From NCBI GenBank assembly GCA_964421625.1, contig CAYQXR010000001.1:40756-104755 (forward strand): DNA of 64,000 nt. The letters are read 5' to 3'. This DNA is from an uncultured Gemmatimonadaceae bacterium (GTDB taxonomy: Bacteria > Gemmatimonadota > Gemmatimonadetes > Gemmatimonadales > GWC2-71-9). The stretch's first letter is position 1, and every line of letters starts with the position of its first letter. The position numbers and the translations under genes were made by a program. Below the pieces are notes generated by a model. It ran no database searches and was not told the DNA's origin. It was given only the letters and a program-made list of their open reading frames with translations. Shown here piece by piece: positions 19,648 to 29,147 of the stretch.

Positions 19648-22161
19648 ATGCACGCTCATCGTCTGCCCATGGCCTTTCTCGGCCTCCTCCTCCTCGCGCC
19701 CGCGCTGACTGCCCAGCGGGCCCGACCGTCGGCGTCGCCGGTGGTCGAGAACCGCGCCAACTGGGCCATGGCGGAACGCTTCTCGACCGACGGGATGCGC
19801 AACCTGCTCGGCAGCACCAGCGTGACGCCCCGCTGGCTTGGTGAGAGCGACTCGCTCTGGTACACCTGGCGCGACGGTAAGGGCACCATGTTCTACCTGG
19901 TCGCGCCGGTGCCCGGCAAGCGCGGGACCTTCCAGAAGACTCCCCTGTTCGATCATCAGCGGCTGGCCGAGGAGTTGTCCCGGCTCCACCGGAAGCCCTA
20001 CGTGGCGGAACAACTCCCCTTCACCACCATGGTCTTCACCAAGGACCACCAGAAGTTCCGGTTCCTGGTCGACACCATGCGCTACGAGTGGTCGCTGACC
20101 GCGCAGACGCTGACCCGCATCCCCCGGCTGTCCCGCGATTCGGTCGCCCGTGACGAAGAAGGTGCTGCGACGACGCCGGCGTCGGCGCCGCCCGAGTGGC
20201 GCAACTGGTCGCCCGACTCCACTGCCTTCGCCTTTGCCCGCGGGCATAACCTCTACGTGTACGACAAGACGCGGGGCGACACCATCCAGCTCACGCGCAA
20301 CGGCGAGGCCAACTACTCCTTCGGCAACCGCGACACATCCACCACCGGCCAGACGGATTCGATCCAGGGTGGCGGCGGGCGCGGGGGCGCCGGTGCGGCC
20401 AACTCGCGCGAGCAGCGCGTGCGGGCCAACGTGACCTGGTCGCCGGACTCGCGCTGGTTCACGGTGTCGCGCTCGGATTCGCGCCGGGTCAAGGAACTGT
20501 ACCTGGTCAACAATGTGGCCAACCCGCGCCCGACGCTGTCCTCCTACCGGTACAGCATGCCGGGCGAGAGCGAAGTGTCCAAGACCGAGCACTGGCTCTA
20601 CCAGCGCGGCGACACCGCGCTCAAGGTTTCGCCGGTGGCCAAGTGGCGCGACCAGCAGGTCAGCAACATGCACTGGCCGCTCGAGAACTCGTCGATCCTC
20701 CGCTTTGTCCGGCGCGACCGGCTCCAGCGGAATCTCGAACTGGTCGAGATCGAAACCGCCACGCTGAACACCCGGGTGCTGCTCAGCGAATCGGTCGAAA
20801 GTGCGCGACTCGAGATCCAGAGTGTCCGCTACATCCGCAAGGGCGGCGACTTTCTCTGGTGGTCGGAGCGGTCGGGCTGGGGACACTACTACCTGTATGC
20901 CTTCGACGGGACGCTCAAGCGGGCGGTGACCAGCGGCGCCTGGCGCGCCGAGAACATCGTGGCACAGGACTCCGTGACCGGGGCGTTCTTCGTGACCGGG
21001 GTGGGCCGGGAGGACGGCCCCTCGCCCTACCTGCGTCATGTCTACCGGGTGAACGGGGACGGGACCGGCTTCGCGCGGCTTACCCAGGATTCGCTCGACC
21101 ACGCGATGGCCATTTCGCCCAACCGCAAGTATGCCGTCGACAACGCCTCGCGCGCCGATATGCTTCCGCGCGCCGTGCTGCGGGACGCCACCACCGGCCG
21201 GATCCTGCTCGACCTGGAGACCACCGACGATTCCCGACTGGTGGAGATCGGCTGGAAGCCGCCGGAGCCGTTCGTCGTCAAGGCCGCCGATGGCATCACC
21301 GACATCTACGGCAATCTGCGCAAGCCGATCGACTTCGACTCGACCCGCAAGTACCCGCTGATCGCCTACGTCTACCCCGGCCCGCAGACCGAACAGGTCA
21401 CTTCCGGCTTCTCGGTGGGCGGCATGATGCAGCAGTTGGCGCAGCTCGGCTTCATCGTGATCGAGATCGGCAATCGCGGCGGGACGCCCCAGCGCTCCAA
21501 CGCCTACCACTCCTTCGGCTACAGCGACCTGCGGGACTACGCGCTGGCCGACAAGAAGGTCGGCATCGAACAGCTCGCGGCGCGATACGACTGGATCGAT
21601 CTGGACCGGGTCGGTCTCTACGGTCACTCCGGCGGCGGGTTCCTGACCGCCGCGGCGATGATGCTGCCGCCCTACAACGACTTCTTCAAGGTGGGGGTCG
21701 CCTCGGCCGGCAACCACGACAACAACATCTACAACCTGAACTGGAGCGAGTCGAACCACGGGCTGCGGGTCATCACCACGCGCGCGGACACCACGCGCCG
21801 CACCCAGCTCGACACGCTGAACACCGTGGTCCGCAACGGGGTGCGTGTGGTCCAGGTCGATGACTCCACCCGCTGGGAGATCCGGGTCGCGACCAACATC
21901 GAACTGGCCAACAACCTGAAGGGGAAGCTGCTGCTGACCCACGGCGACATGGACAACAACGTCCATCCGGCCAACACCATCCGCCTGGTCGATGCGCTGA
22001 TCAAGGCCAACAAGCGCTTCGACTTCATGCTGATGCCGGGACAGGCTCACGGCTTCGGCACCATGCAGCCGTACTTCAACCGGATGCTGATGGAGTACTT
22101 CGCGGAGCACCTGCTGGGCGACTACTACCGCGGGACGGCGGAGATCACCTACCGACCGTAG
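19648..22161 (+). CDS. S9 family peptidase, dipeptidyl-peptidase IV-like, secreted
   Basis: Signal peptide MHAHRLPMAFLGLLLLAPALTAQ from the ATG at 19648. It has a DPP-IV N-terminal propeller, the catalytic GLYGHSGGGF motif and HGDMDNNV...GQAHGF. Confidence 0.9.
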   Translation: MHAHRLPMAFLGLLLLAPALTAQRARPSASPVVENRANWAMAERFSTDGMRNLLGSTSVTPRWLGESDSLWYTWRDGKGTMFYLVAPVPGKRGTFQKTPLFDHQRLAEELSRLHRKPYVAEQLPFTTMVFTKDHQKFRFLVDTMRYEWSLTAQTLTRIPRLSRDSVARDEEGAATTPASAPPEWRNWSPDSTAFAFARGHNLYVYDKTRGDTIQLTRNGEANYSFGNRDTSTTGQTDSIQGGGGRGGAGAANSREQRVRANVTWSPDSRWFTVSRSDSRRVKELYLVNNVANPRPTLSSYRYSMPGESEVSKTEHWLYQRGDTALKVSPVAKWRDQQVSNMHWPLENSSILRFVRRDRLQRNLELVEIETATLNTRVLLSESVESARLEIQSVRYIRKGGDFLWWSERSGWGHYYLYAFDGTLKRAVTSGAWRAENIVAQDSVTGAFFVTGVGREDGPSPYLRHVYRVNGDGTGFARLTQDSLDHAMAISPNRKYAVDNASRADMLPRAVLRDATTGRILLDLETTDDSRLVEIGWKPPEPFVVKAADGITDIYGNLRKPIDFDSTRKYPLIAYVYPGPQTEQVTSGFSVGGMMQQLAQLGFIVIEIGNRGGTPQRSNAYHSFGYSDLRDYALADKKVGIEQLAARYDWIDLDRVGLYGHSGGGFLTAAAMMLPPYNDFFKVGVASAGNHDNNIYNLNWSESNHGLRVITTRADTTRRTQLDTLNTVVRNGVRVVQVDDSTRWEIRVATNIELANNLKGKLLLTHGDMDNNVHPANTIRLVDALIKANKRFDFMLMPGQAHGFGTMQPYFNRMLMEYFAEHLLGDYYRGTAEITYRP

Positions 22162-22178
22162 CCGCGGCATCCCATGAC

Positions 22179-22223
22179 AGAGGTCCGGTCGACGTGAGCA
22201 GTATGCCCGTCGGCCGGACCTCT
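22179..22223. terminator. bidirectional hairpin between convergent genes
   Basis: agaggtccggtcgacg ... cgtcggccggacctct forms a 16-bp stem (15/16 paired) with a 13-nt loop. Confidence 0.55.
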
Positions 22224-22236
22224 CGTCGTACGGGGG

Positions 22237-22758
22237 TCAGCAGTCCTGGGCGTCCTTGGCCCCGTACCGCCCCCGGCTCATCGGCGTCGGTGCGCCCGGC
22301 ACGATGGTGAATACATGGGAGTAGGCCGCATCGCAGAGTTCGGGCAGCCGCGGTCCGCCCAGTGCTTCGAGAATCGCGGGCACGGTGTTGCTGTGGGAGA
22401 CGATCAGGACCACGCCGCGCTGCGCCCGCGCGGAGTCGGCGACCTGCGCGGCGTAGCTGGCGAGATTGGCAGGGTTCAGCGCCACGGGGGTGACCCGGTG
22501 TCGGGCGGCCACCAGACTGGCCGTTTCGGAGGTCCGACGGTACGGCGTCACGTAGATGGCTGTGACCGTATCGGTGGCGAGCAGTGAATCGAGTGCCGCC
22601 GCCCGCGCGCGACCCGCCGCACTCAGGACAGGATCCCGTTCGGTCTCCGAGGCCTTTTCGGCGTGGCGCACGACAATCACGCGGGTTGGCGGCAGGGTGG
22701 TGTCCGGCGGGGTGGGCCCCGCGCCGAGCAGACAGAGTCCCAGCAACAGGACACGCAT
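22237..22758 (-). CDS. histidine phosphatase family protein (SixA/PGAM-like), secreted
   Basis: The RHAEK catalytic motif (VIVVRHAEKA) and the downstream SHSNT motif. Confidence 0.8.
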   Translation of the reverse strand: MRVLLLGLCLLGAGPTPPDTTLPPTRVIVVRHAEKASETERDPVLSAAGRARAAALDSLLATDTVTAIYVTPYRRTSETASLVAARHRVTPVALNPANLASYAAQVADSARAQRGVVLIVSHSNTVPAILEALGGPRLPELCDAAYSHVFTIVPGAPTPMSRGRYGAKDAQDC

Positions 22759-22796
22759 GGTCGATCCTTTCCGGTGCGGCGGGCGCCGGGGCGCCG

Positions 22797-23648
22797 TCAG
22801 TACTTCAGCGTCTTGAGATAGGTGATGGACGCACCGACGTCGGCCAGGGGGTTGGCGGGCTGGTCGTGCTCGACGATGATGTGCTTCAGGCCGGCCTTCT
22901 TGTACTGCCCCAGGAGTTCGGTCCAGCGGATAGTGCCTTCACCTACATTGCGCATCCGCCCCTCGGGCATCGGGCCGATGTCCTTGGCGTGAATCAGCGG
23001 GAAGCGCCCCGGCCACTTGGCGAAGTACTCCAGTGGATCGGCCCCGCCCTTGTAGGCCCAGTACACGTCCAGCTCCATGACCACCCGCTTGGGGTCGGTC
23101 TCTTCCAGCAGCACGTCGTAGATCCGGCGTCCATCGATCTCGCGGAACTCCTCTGCGTGATTGTGGAAGCCGACGGTGATCTTGTACTTGGCGGCCTCCT
23201 GGCCGGCCTTGTTGAGGGTCTCGGCGGTCCGCTTGACGGCATCGAGCGTGTTCCGATCGGCGGTCGGCAGCGAGGGCACAATCAAGTACTTGTGCCCGAT
23301 CTCGGCGGCCTCGTCGAGCGCCAGGAGCCAGCGGTTGCGCAGGGTGCCCATGTCGGTGTGCGCCGCAACGGCTGCCAGCTTGTTGCGATCGAGCAACTGG
23401 CGCAGCGACCGCGGCGGGCGGTTGAAGTACCCGGCAAACTCGACTTCGCGATAGCCCAGTTCCGCCACCGAGGCCAGCGTCTTCTCGACGCTCTGGGCCA
23501 TCAGCCCCCGCAGCGAGTAGAGCTGGAGTCCGAAACGGTCGATGGCGGCGGGGGTCGGCGATGGCGGCATGGCCGACAGCAGACGGTCCGGACGGACCAG
23601 TCCGAGGGTGGTGGCGGCAAGGGCGCCGAGCAGTGTGCGACGATCCAT
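22797..23648 (-). CDS. sugar phosphate isomerase/epimerase (xylose-isomerase-like TIM barrel), Tat signal
   Basis: MDRRTLLGALAATTLGL N-terminus, plus GYREVEF, GFHNHAEEF and ELDVYW motifs. Confidence 0.85.
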   Translation of the reverse strand: MDRRTLLGALAATTLGLVRPDRLLSAMPPSPTPAAIDRFGLQLYSLRGLMAQSVEKTLASVAELGYREVEFAGYFNRPPRSLRQLLDRNKLAAVAAHTDMGTLRNRWLLALDEAAEIGHKYLIVPSLPTADRNTLDAVKRTAETLNKAGQEAAKYKITVGFHNHAEEFREIDGRRIYDVLLEETDPKRVVMELDVYWAYKGGADPLEYFAKWPGRFPLIHAKDIGPMPEGRMRNVGEGTIRWTELLGQYKKAGLKHIIVEHDQPANPLADVGASITYLKTLKY

Positions 23649-23670
23649 CGAGGAGTCTCCGTTCGCGGAT

Positions 23671-24009
23671 TCAGTGCGGCGTGCGCAGCCGCGGATCGAC
23701 CATGTGGTCGATCCGCTCGGCCAGCAGCCGGGAGAGAAAGTCGTGTGACTCCCCCAGGCGGTCCATGCGCTCTTCGAGGGCCTCCACGTCGTTCTCCAGC
23801 AGCTCGAACCGCTGGGCTTCGCTCAGGTGTGCTTCCGCGAACGTGGCGCCGCGGGCGGTCGGTCCCGGTCTGGTGATGGCCTCGAACAGGGTCCGCGACT
23901 CCTGACGACGCAGCTTGCGCTCCGACCGGACCCAGAGCAGCGTCGGGATCACGCTGCCGATCATCGCAGCGAGGAGGAACTGCAGGTCGATCTCCAACGA
24001 CATGGTCAC
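23671..24009 (-). CDS. hypothetical small membrane-anchored coiled-coil protein
   Basis: 112 aa with one N-terminal TM (FLLAAMIGSVIPTLLWV) and a charged helical tail. No recognisable motif. Confidence 0.45.
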   Translation of the reverse strand: MTMSLEIDLQFLLAAMIGSVIPTLLWVRSERKLRRQESRTLFEAITRPGPTARGATFAEAHLSEAQRFELLENDVEALEERMDRLGESHDFLSRLLAERIDHMVDPRLRTPH

Positions 24010-24100
24010 CTCCCGGAAGGGACAGGGTCAGCACGGCGGTCAGGGACAATCGTTCCGGCCCCCGGGGTGGCGCAAGGGGGCGGCTGGCTGCCCACCCGCC

Positions 24101-25273
24101 TCAGGGTTCGGCGGCGACCAGTCGGGCCAGGTCCAGATGGACCTGCCCCTGGGCATCGGTCCCGCGCACCAGCACCAGGTCGCCGTCGGCCGCAATGACC
24201 CGCTGAGAGGCGGGCAGCGCCACCCGGCGCAGCAGTTCGCCCGTCTCCGCGAACACCACATACTGCCGCTCGGCTGCCCCACGGACCACGTAGGAACCAA
24301 CCCAGAGCGAGCCATCACGGGACTCCAGCAGGTCGTCGTAGGCCGGGAGCGAATCGGCGAAGACCGTCCGGTCGAGGGCAGCCAATGCCTCGGCCATGCC
24401 CTCGGGGTCGTCCTCTGCCAGCGTCTGCAGGGTCTGCCGCTGACCGGCCAGGGCCGCATCGCGCATTGCCGCCGTCACGGCCACCGCTGGTTCGCGGATG
24501 GTCACGACTCGCCGAAGGGCCCCGGTGGTGTCGCGTACGGCAAAGGACCACCCCGTCCGGCTGGTGACGATCGACCCGCCCCACGGACGGGCCAGCACCG
24601 GCTGACTGAACTCTGCCGCCGCCGTGCCCGGCCAGGTGGCCAGGGTGTCGACGCCCGATCGGCTCAGCCGCAGCAACTGCTGGGTGGCGCTGCCGCCGGC
24701 GGTGGAGTTCTCGACCGCAATGGCAATACCCGGCGCGAGTTGTTGCAGCACGGTGGCGACCACCGGTTCCGATGGTCCGACCTGGCTCTCCCGGAGGACC
24801 TGGAGGTCGCTGGCGCCGAGCTGGATCACCCGGGCCGGAAAGTCGACCAACTGGACCACGCCACCAGACAGGGCGCGGAGGGTGCTGGGCGCATTCAGTG
24901 CGCCGGGCCCGCTGCCGCGACGTCCGAAGGTGCCGTGGACCGCGCCGGTGGAATCGTAGAGAATCACCCGACTGACCCGGGAGTCGAGCGCAACGAAGTG
25001 CCCGCCGCCCACCAGCGCCGCCGTCCGGATCATTGCAGCGGGGTGCAGGGAGTCGGTGTCGGCCATCCGGTAGATGGGCGCGTCCAGCCGGAACCGGGGT
25101 GCGGTGGCCAATGCTGCGGCCTCGTGCTCGACCAGGGCCACGCCGGCCGAGTCGCGGACGACCATGGTCCCGGCACGTCCCGATTCACCGCCGCATCCCA
25201 GCAGTCCGATTGTCAGGGCTCCAGCGCCCCACCACAGTCCTCGCATCACGACTCCCTCATCCCGTTGGGTCAC
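24101..25273 (-). CDS. hypothetical lipoprotein, probable beta-propeller
   Basis: Lipobox LTIGLLGCGG; a likelier start is the ATG at 25246. The repeat-like strand pattern contains GRRGSGPGALN. It resembles the proteins at 34550..35602 and 43088..44212. Confidence 0.5.
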   Translation of the reverse strand: MTQRDEGVVMRGLWWGAGALTIGLLGCGGESGRAGTMVVRDSAGVALVEHEAAALATAPRFRLDAPIYRMADTDSLHPAAMIRTAALVGGGHFVALDSRVSRVILYDSTGAVHGTFGRRGSGPGALNAPSTLRALSGGVVQLVDFPARVIQLGASDLQVLRESQVGPSEPVVATVLQQLAPGIAIAVENSTAGGSATQQLLRLSRSGVDTLATWPGTAAAEFSQPVLARPWGGSIVTSRTGWSFAVRDTTGALRRVVTIREPAVAVTAAMRDAALAGQRQTLQTLAEDDPEGMAEALAALDRTVFADSLPAYDDLLESRDGSLWVGSYVVRGAAERQYVVFAETGELLRRVALPASQRVIAADGDLVLVRGTDAQGQVHLDLARLVAAEP

Positions 25274-25444
25274 CCGCTCCCCGACCGGTGATGTGGGGAG
25301 GCAACCCTGTAATGAAACGGAAGTCGCCGGTCGGCGCCATCGATGTTCCAGAAATGACCACCACCACCGACCCGGGGGGTAGTGTGGTGACCGATTACCC
25401 GGCCTCCGACACCTGGTCGATGGTGGTGGGTGCTGCGGTGAGAC

Positions 25445-25894
25445 CTACTTGACGATCACATACCCGACCATCCCCAGGGCCGCATGCGGGTCACAGTGGT
25501 AGTACAGTCGTTTGCCGCTGGCCGATGGGACGGTGAAGTCCCAGGTCTGTCCGGGGAGCTGGAGCATCTCACCTGCTTCGGGGAGGCCGGCCACGCCCGG
25601 GTTGCTGTCCGAAACGAAATGGACGTTATGGACCCCGGTCGCGAGGACGAAGCGCACCACGTCTCCCGGCTCGGCTTCCACTTCCTTGGGCGCGTAGTAG
25701 CTGCCGTGCTCATCAGTCTGCATGTCGACGGTGATGATCTTCCCGGTCGGGGCCGGCGCGGCCGTGGCCGACGAGCCACCTCCTCCCGAGGGCTGACCGG
25801 CGGGGGCGGGCGCATCGCCGCCGCCACAGGCGATGAGGAGGGCGGCAGGGAGAAGCATCAGGGTGGACGACAGGCGTGACATGAAGAGCCTCAT
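25445..25894 (-). CDS. plastocyanin/azurin-family type-1 copper lipoprotein (cupredoxin)
   Basis: Lipobox LLIACGGG, a Gly/Ala/Pro linker, and type-1 Cu ligands in VHNVHF ... YYHCDPHAALGMVG. The real start is the ATG at 25894 or 25882. The 459-aa track ORF is an Arg/Pro-rich extension that overlaps nosY. Confidence 0.88.
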   Translation of the reverse strand: MRLFMSRLSSTLMLLPAALLIACGGGDAPAPAGQPSGGGGSSATAAPAPTGKIITVDMQTDEHGSYYAPKEVEAEPGDVVRFVLATGVHNVHFVSDSNPGVAGLPEAGEMLQLPGQTWDFTVPSASGKRLYYHCDPHAALGMVGYVIVK

Positions 25895-25968
25895 GGAATG
25901 GGGCGTGCCGGAAAGCGGAGCGGGGCCGGATGCGGCACGGGACAGGCGGCCGGAAGAGCACGGAGACA

Positions 25969-26760
25969 TCAGAAGTCCTTGCGCTGCAGGGCGCGGCGCG
26001 CGAACAGGATGGGACCGACGGTCCAGACGAGCAGGAGCGTTCCGACGCCGGCCTGACCGACGCGGGTTCCCAGCACGTCCTGGACGACGGCACCGGTGTA
26101 GCCGAGCATGATGGAGGCCTCGGATCCCAGCAGGAGGAGCACGCGCCCGAGATCGAAGGGGTTTGCCGCCAGCAGGGCGAGCAGGGCGCTCTCGATCGGC
26201 CGGGGCCCAGCCAGCATCGCGCCGAGCAGGAGCAGGCCGTCCCAGAGCACGCTGCCGACCAGCCAGACCACCAGGGCGGTGGTCAGCGCCCGGACTCGGT
26301 CGTCGACCCGCAGGGCAATCAGGAAGGCCAGGGCCAGCGAGGTCATGGTGAGCACCACCGTCATGCCGACCAGTCCCAGCAGTCGGCCCAGCATCGGGCC
26401 GACGAGCATGCCGTGCCAGGCGAAGGGTGCCAGGATCCCGACCACCAGGGCAGTGGCAAGCGGCAGCACGGCTCCGACATACTGGGCCACGAAGAGCTGG
26501 CTGCGGGCAATGGGCTGGGCCAGGAGCAGTTCGGTCATCTCCCGCCCGTGGTGTACCTGGAGCGTGCCGACCACCAGTCCCGCCAGCGGGGTCACGATCA
26601 GCGCCACATCGAGGAGCGAGACCAGAGTGGTCGGCCCGCCGCCGCCGAAGCGGAGCAGCAGTTCGCCGCCGACGGCCAGTCCCGCCGCCAGCAGCAGCAG
26701 CCAGCGGGAGCGCCAGGCGTCCCGCAGCGACATGCCCAGGAGTACGCGCAGGGTGGTCAT
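25969..26760 (-). CDS. nosY: nitrous-oxide reductase maturation ABC permease NosY
   Basis: Six-TM ABC-2 type permease. It is coupled (4-nt overlap) to nosF within the nos cluster. Confidence 0.85.
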   Translation of the reverse strand: MTTLRVLLGMSLRDAWRSRWLLLLAAGLAVGGELLLRFGGGGPTTLVSLLDVALIVTPLAGLVVGTLQVHHGREMTELLLAQPIARSQLFVAQYVGAVLPLATALVVGILAPFAWHGMLVGPMLGRLLGLVGMTVVLTMTSLALAFLIALRVDDRVRALTTALVVWLVGSVLWDGLLLLGAMLAGPRPIESALLALLAANPFDLGRVLLLLGSEASIMLGYTGAVVQDVLGTRVGQAGVGTLLLVWTVGPILFARRALQRKDF

Positions 26761-27476
26761 GCGACCGCCCGACGGATGCCACCGCCCAGCAACTGGACCA
26801 GGGCCCGCTCCAGCGTGGGTTCACCGGTGCGGGCGCGCAGAGCGGTCAGCTCGCCGGACCAGGCTGCCACGCCCTGCGAGAGAAACAGGACCTCATCGGC
26901 CAGTTCCTCCAGCTCGGGCAGGATATGCGAGGTGATCAGGATGGTCGTCCCCCGGCGCCGTTCGGCGTGCAGTCGGTCCTTGAGCACCCGGGCCGCCACC
27001 GGATCGAGCCCAGCCGTCGGCTCGTCGAGCAGCAGGAGCTTGGGCCTGAAGGCCAGGGCGAGCACGGCGTTGACCTTCTGTCGGGTGCCGCCGGACAGCG
27101 TACCGAAAGGGCGATCAAAGGCCTCGCCCAGATCGAAGGCCTCAGCCAGGGAGAGATCGGGTGTGGCACCGCCGCGCAGCCGGGTCAGCACGCCGAGCAG
27201 GTCGCGCCCGCTCAGATGCGGCGGGAAGTGCGCGATCTGCGACATGTACCCGATGGTCATCCGGCAATCCGACCGCTCCTGCGGCGAGACCCCGTCGATG
27301 GTGATCCGCCCTTGGTCGGGACGCGCCAGATCCAGCAGCAGCTTGATCAGCGTGGTCTTGCCGGCGCCATTCGGACCCACCAGGGCGGTGATCCGCCCGC
27401 CGGACAGCTTGGCGTCGAAGCCGGTGAGCACCGCGAGACGGCCGAAGCGCTTGTGGACCCCGTGAAAGTGGATCAT
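26757..27476 (-). CDS. nosF: nitrous-oxide reductase maturation ABC ATPase NosF
   Basis: Walker A GPNGAGKTT, signature LSGGTRQK and Walker B LLLLDEP. It overlaps both nosD and nosY. Confidence 0.88.
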   Translation of the reverse strand: MIHFHGVHKRFGRLAVLTGFDAKLSGGRITALVGPNGAGKTTLIKLLLDLARPDQGRITIDGVSPQERSDCRMTIGYMSQIAHFPPHLSGRDLLGVLTRLRGGATPDLSLAEAFDLGEAFDRPFGTLSGGTRQKVNAVLALAFRPKLLLLDEPTAGLDPVAARVLKDRLHAERRRGTTILITSHILPELEELADEVLFLSQGVAAWSGELTALRARTGEPTLERALVQLLGGGIRRAVA

Positions 27477-28720
27477 GGCATCAGTCCGGTCGGCGGCCGC
27501 AGCAGCGGCGTGGCATCGATGACGGCTGTCGGCGTCAGCACGGGGAGCACCCGTTCCGCCGCGTCGAGCAGCCGGACGAACAGGGTGCGGTGCAGCAGGA
27601 GGATGGCGGGCACCCGTTCCCCCAGCACCGCGAAGAGCCGGATCGGCCGGTGCGGCACGTCGCCCAGGCCATCGTGGTTGAGGTCCCAGCCGCGGTAGCT
27701 ATCCCACCAGTTGGCTTCGAAGTGCGGCGCGCCGATCCGGCCGTTGACGGCGACATCGAAGACATTGGCCTGGAAGACATTGCCCCGGAAGTCGGCATCG
27801 CTGGTGCTGGCCAGCACCCGCACCGCCCAGCCGTTGCTGACGAACTGGTTGTCGCGCACCTGCAACCGGTCGGCGCCGTCCGCCAGCAGGGCCGTGGTGT
27901 TGCTGGCGAAGCGGTTGCCGGTGAGGCGCACATCGGCGATGTCCTTGAGCAGCAGGCCGTGCGCCGTGGTGCCGCGGTTCTCCTCGAAGCGGTTGCCCCG
28001 CATGAGCACCTGCCGCGAGTACATCACGGCCACGCCGCTGCCGTTGGCCCGGAAGACATTGGCCTCGTAGTCGGAGGAGTCGGCATACATGAAGTGCAGG
28101 CCGTAGCGGATGTTCCGTTCGCTGTGGTTGTCGCGGACGGTCGCGTGCCGGGTGAACTCGAGGTAGATGCCGTCGCGGTGCCCGGTGATCCGGTTGCCGT
28201 CGATCGCCAGATGGCGTGAACCCCAGGCGTGAATCGCATTGCCGGTGCCCGACTCGATGCCGGGCGTTCCGGCGATGGTGTTGCGCCGCACGGCGCAGTC
28301 GACCACATCCGTCAGGTAGATGGCGAAGAAGGTGTCGTCGAACCGGTTGTCGGCCACGGTGCAGCGGGTGGCGCCGTCGAGGTGCAGCGCAGCGCGATCC
28401 TGATGATGCGACCGACCGGTGTGGCGGAAGGTGAGGCCCTGGATGGTGACGTCGGATGCGGTCACCCGGAGCAGTTCCCGCTGTCCCTCGCCGTCGAGGA
28501 TGGCCCCCGGCGCCCCGACGAGCACCAGCGATCGATCGATCACCACCACGGGGCCGCGGTGGACGCCGGCGGGCACCACCACGGTGTCCCCGGCGCGGGC
28601 AGCCGCCACAGCGGTGGCCAGATCGAACGGCGCGCCCTGGGGGACTGCGGCCAGGCTCAGCGCGGCGTGGGCCATCACCAGGAACAGCATCTCAGGACCC
28701 TCCGCCCCGGCTGAAGGCAT
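27473..28720 (-). CDS. nosD: nitrous-oxide reductase maturation protein NosD (parallel beta-helix)
   Basis: Periodic beta-helix repeats (NRFDDTFFAIYL, NTIAGTPG...GNAIH, NRITGHRDGIYLE, NHSERNIRYGLHFMY, NVFRANGSGVAVMY, NRFEENRG...). An alternative start is the ATG at 28690. Confidence 0.9.
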   Translation of the reverse strand: MPSAGAEGPEMLFLVMAHAALSLAAVPQGAPFDLATAVAAARAGDTVVVPAGVHRGPVVVIDRSLVLVGAPGAILDGEGQRELLRVTASDVTIQGLTFRHTGRSHHQDRAALHLDGATRCTVADNRFDDTFFAIYLTDVVDCAVRRNTIAGTPGIESGTGNAIHAWGSRHLAIDGNRITGHRDGIYLEFTRHATVRDNHSERNIRYGLHFMYADSSDYEANVFRANGSGVAVMYSRQVLMRGNRFEENRGTTAHGLLLKDIADVRLTGNRFASNTTALLADGADRLQVRDNQFVSNGWAVRVLASTSDADFRGNVFQANVFDVAVNGRIGAPHFEANWWDSYRGWDLNHDGLGDVPHRPIRLFAVLGERVPAILLLHRTLFVRLLDAAERVLPVLTPTAVIDATPLLRPPTGLMP

Positions 28721-29147
28721 CCCGTGCCTTCACGGCTGCCACCACGTCATCCCAGGTCAGGACCTGGCCGTCCCAGGCGGTGGTGGCGTGCGACGCAGCT
28801 ACCGCGATGATGCCCAGGCCCATGGGTGAGGTGCCCTCGGTCATCTGGTGGAAGCGGAGATCCGCCAGCGGCAGCAGGGTGCCGGGGGCCACGGCATCGG
28901 TGCCCCAGAGCGAGCGGGGGGGCTCCTGGGTTGCCAGCCAGGCGGCCAGACATTCCAGCGAGTCGAACCGCACGGTCCGCCCGGCCGACGTAATGGCCGC
29001 CGCCCCGAACCGGCGGTCGGAGAGCGTCATGCGGCAGTGCTCGCAGGCGTCGCGGTCCCAGGTGATCGACGGGGTCCCGTCGGCACAGCCGGTCAGGTGG
29101 ACCACCGCCACGCCCCCGAGCAGGAGCAGCAGTTCGCGACGGTTCAC
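28692..29147 (-). CDS. nosL: copper chaperone lipoprotein NosL
   Basis: GTG at 29147 overlaps the upstream stop (GTGA). Lipobox HLTGC, and the NosL motif DACEHCRMTLSDRRFGAAAI. Confidence 0.8.
   Translation of the reverse strand: MNRRELLLLLGGVAVVHLTGCADGTPSITWDRDACEHCRMTLSDRRFGAAAITSAGRTVRFDSLECLAAWLATQEPPRSLWGTDAVAPGTLLPLADLRFHQMTEGTSPMGLGIIAVAASHATTAWDGQVLTWDDVVAAVKARDAFSRGGGS

Noticed and set aside
19558-22170. An 870-aa ORF on the minus strand, with similar very long ORFs at 29544..31889 (+), 58092..60281 (+), 1174..2958 (-), 4476..6179 (-), 36118..37797 (+), 41511..42914 (-), 42956..44419 (-), 49476..50525 (-) and 49987..51231 (-).
   Set aside because: Each lies antisense to a gene with clear family motifs (DPP-IV, NosZ, the LVIVD propeller, MnmE, the metal ABC genes, RocD/Nif3, the transposase and so on). 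Their translations are Arg/Gly/Pro/His-rich low-complexity sequence without motifs. This is the classic stop-codon-poor shadow-ORF pattern of high-GC DNA.
25445-26824. A 459-aa ORF that would fuse the cupredoxin to a long N-terminal region. Similar 5' over-extensions occur at 334..2625, 6877..7929, 37734..38981, 42725..44212, 43909..45867, 45809..48097, 36934..37995, 28692..29483 and 34550..35704.
   Set aside because: The extensions overlap upstream genes (nosY, yidC, parA, the IS element and others). They are compositionally non-protein-like (Pro/Arg/Gly runs). Internal starts give canonical signal peptides or lipoboxes and 1-4 nt coupling overlaps with the upstream stop codons.
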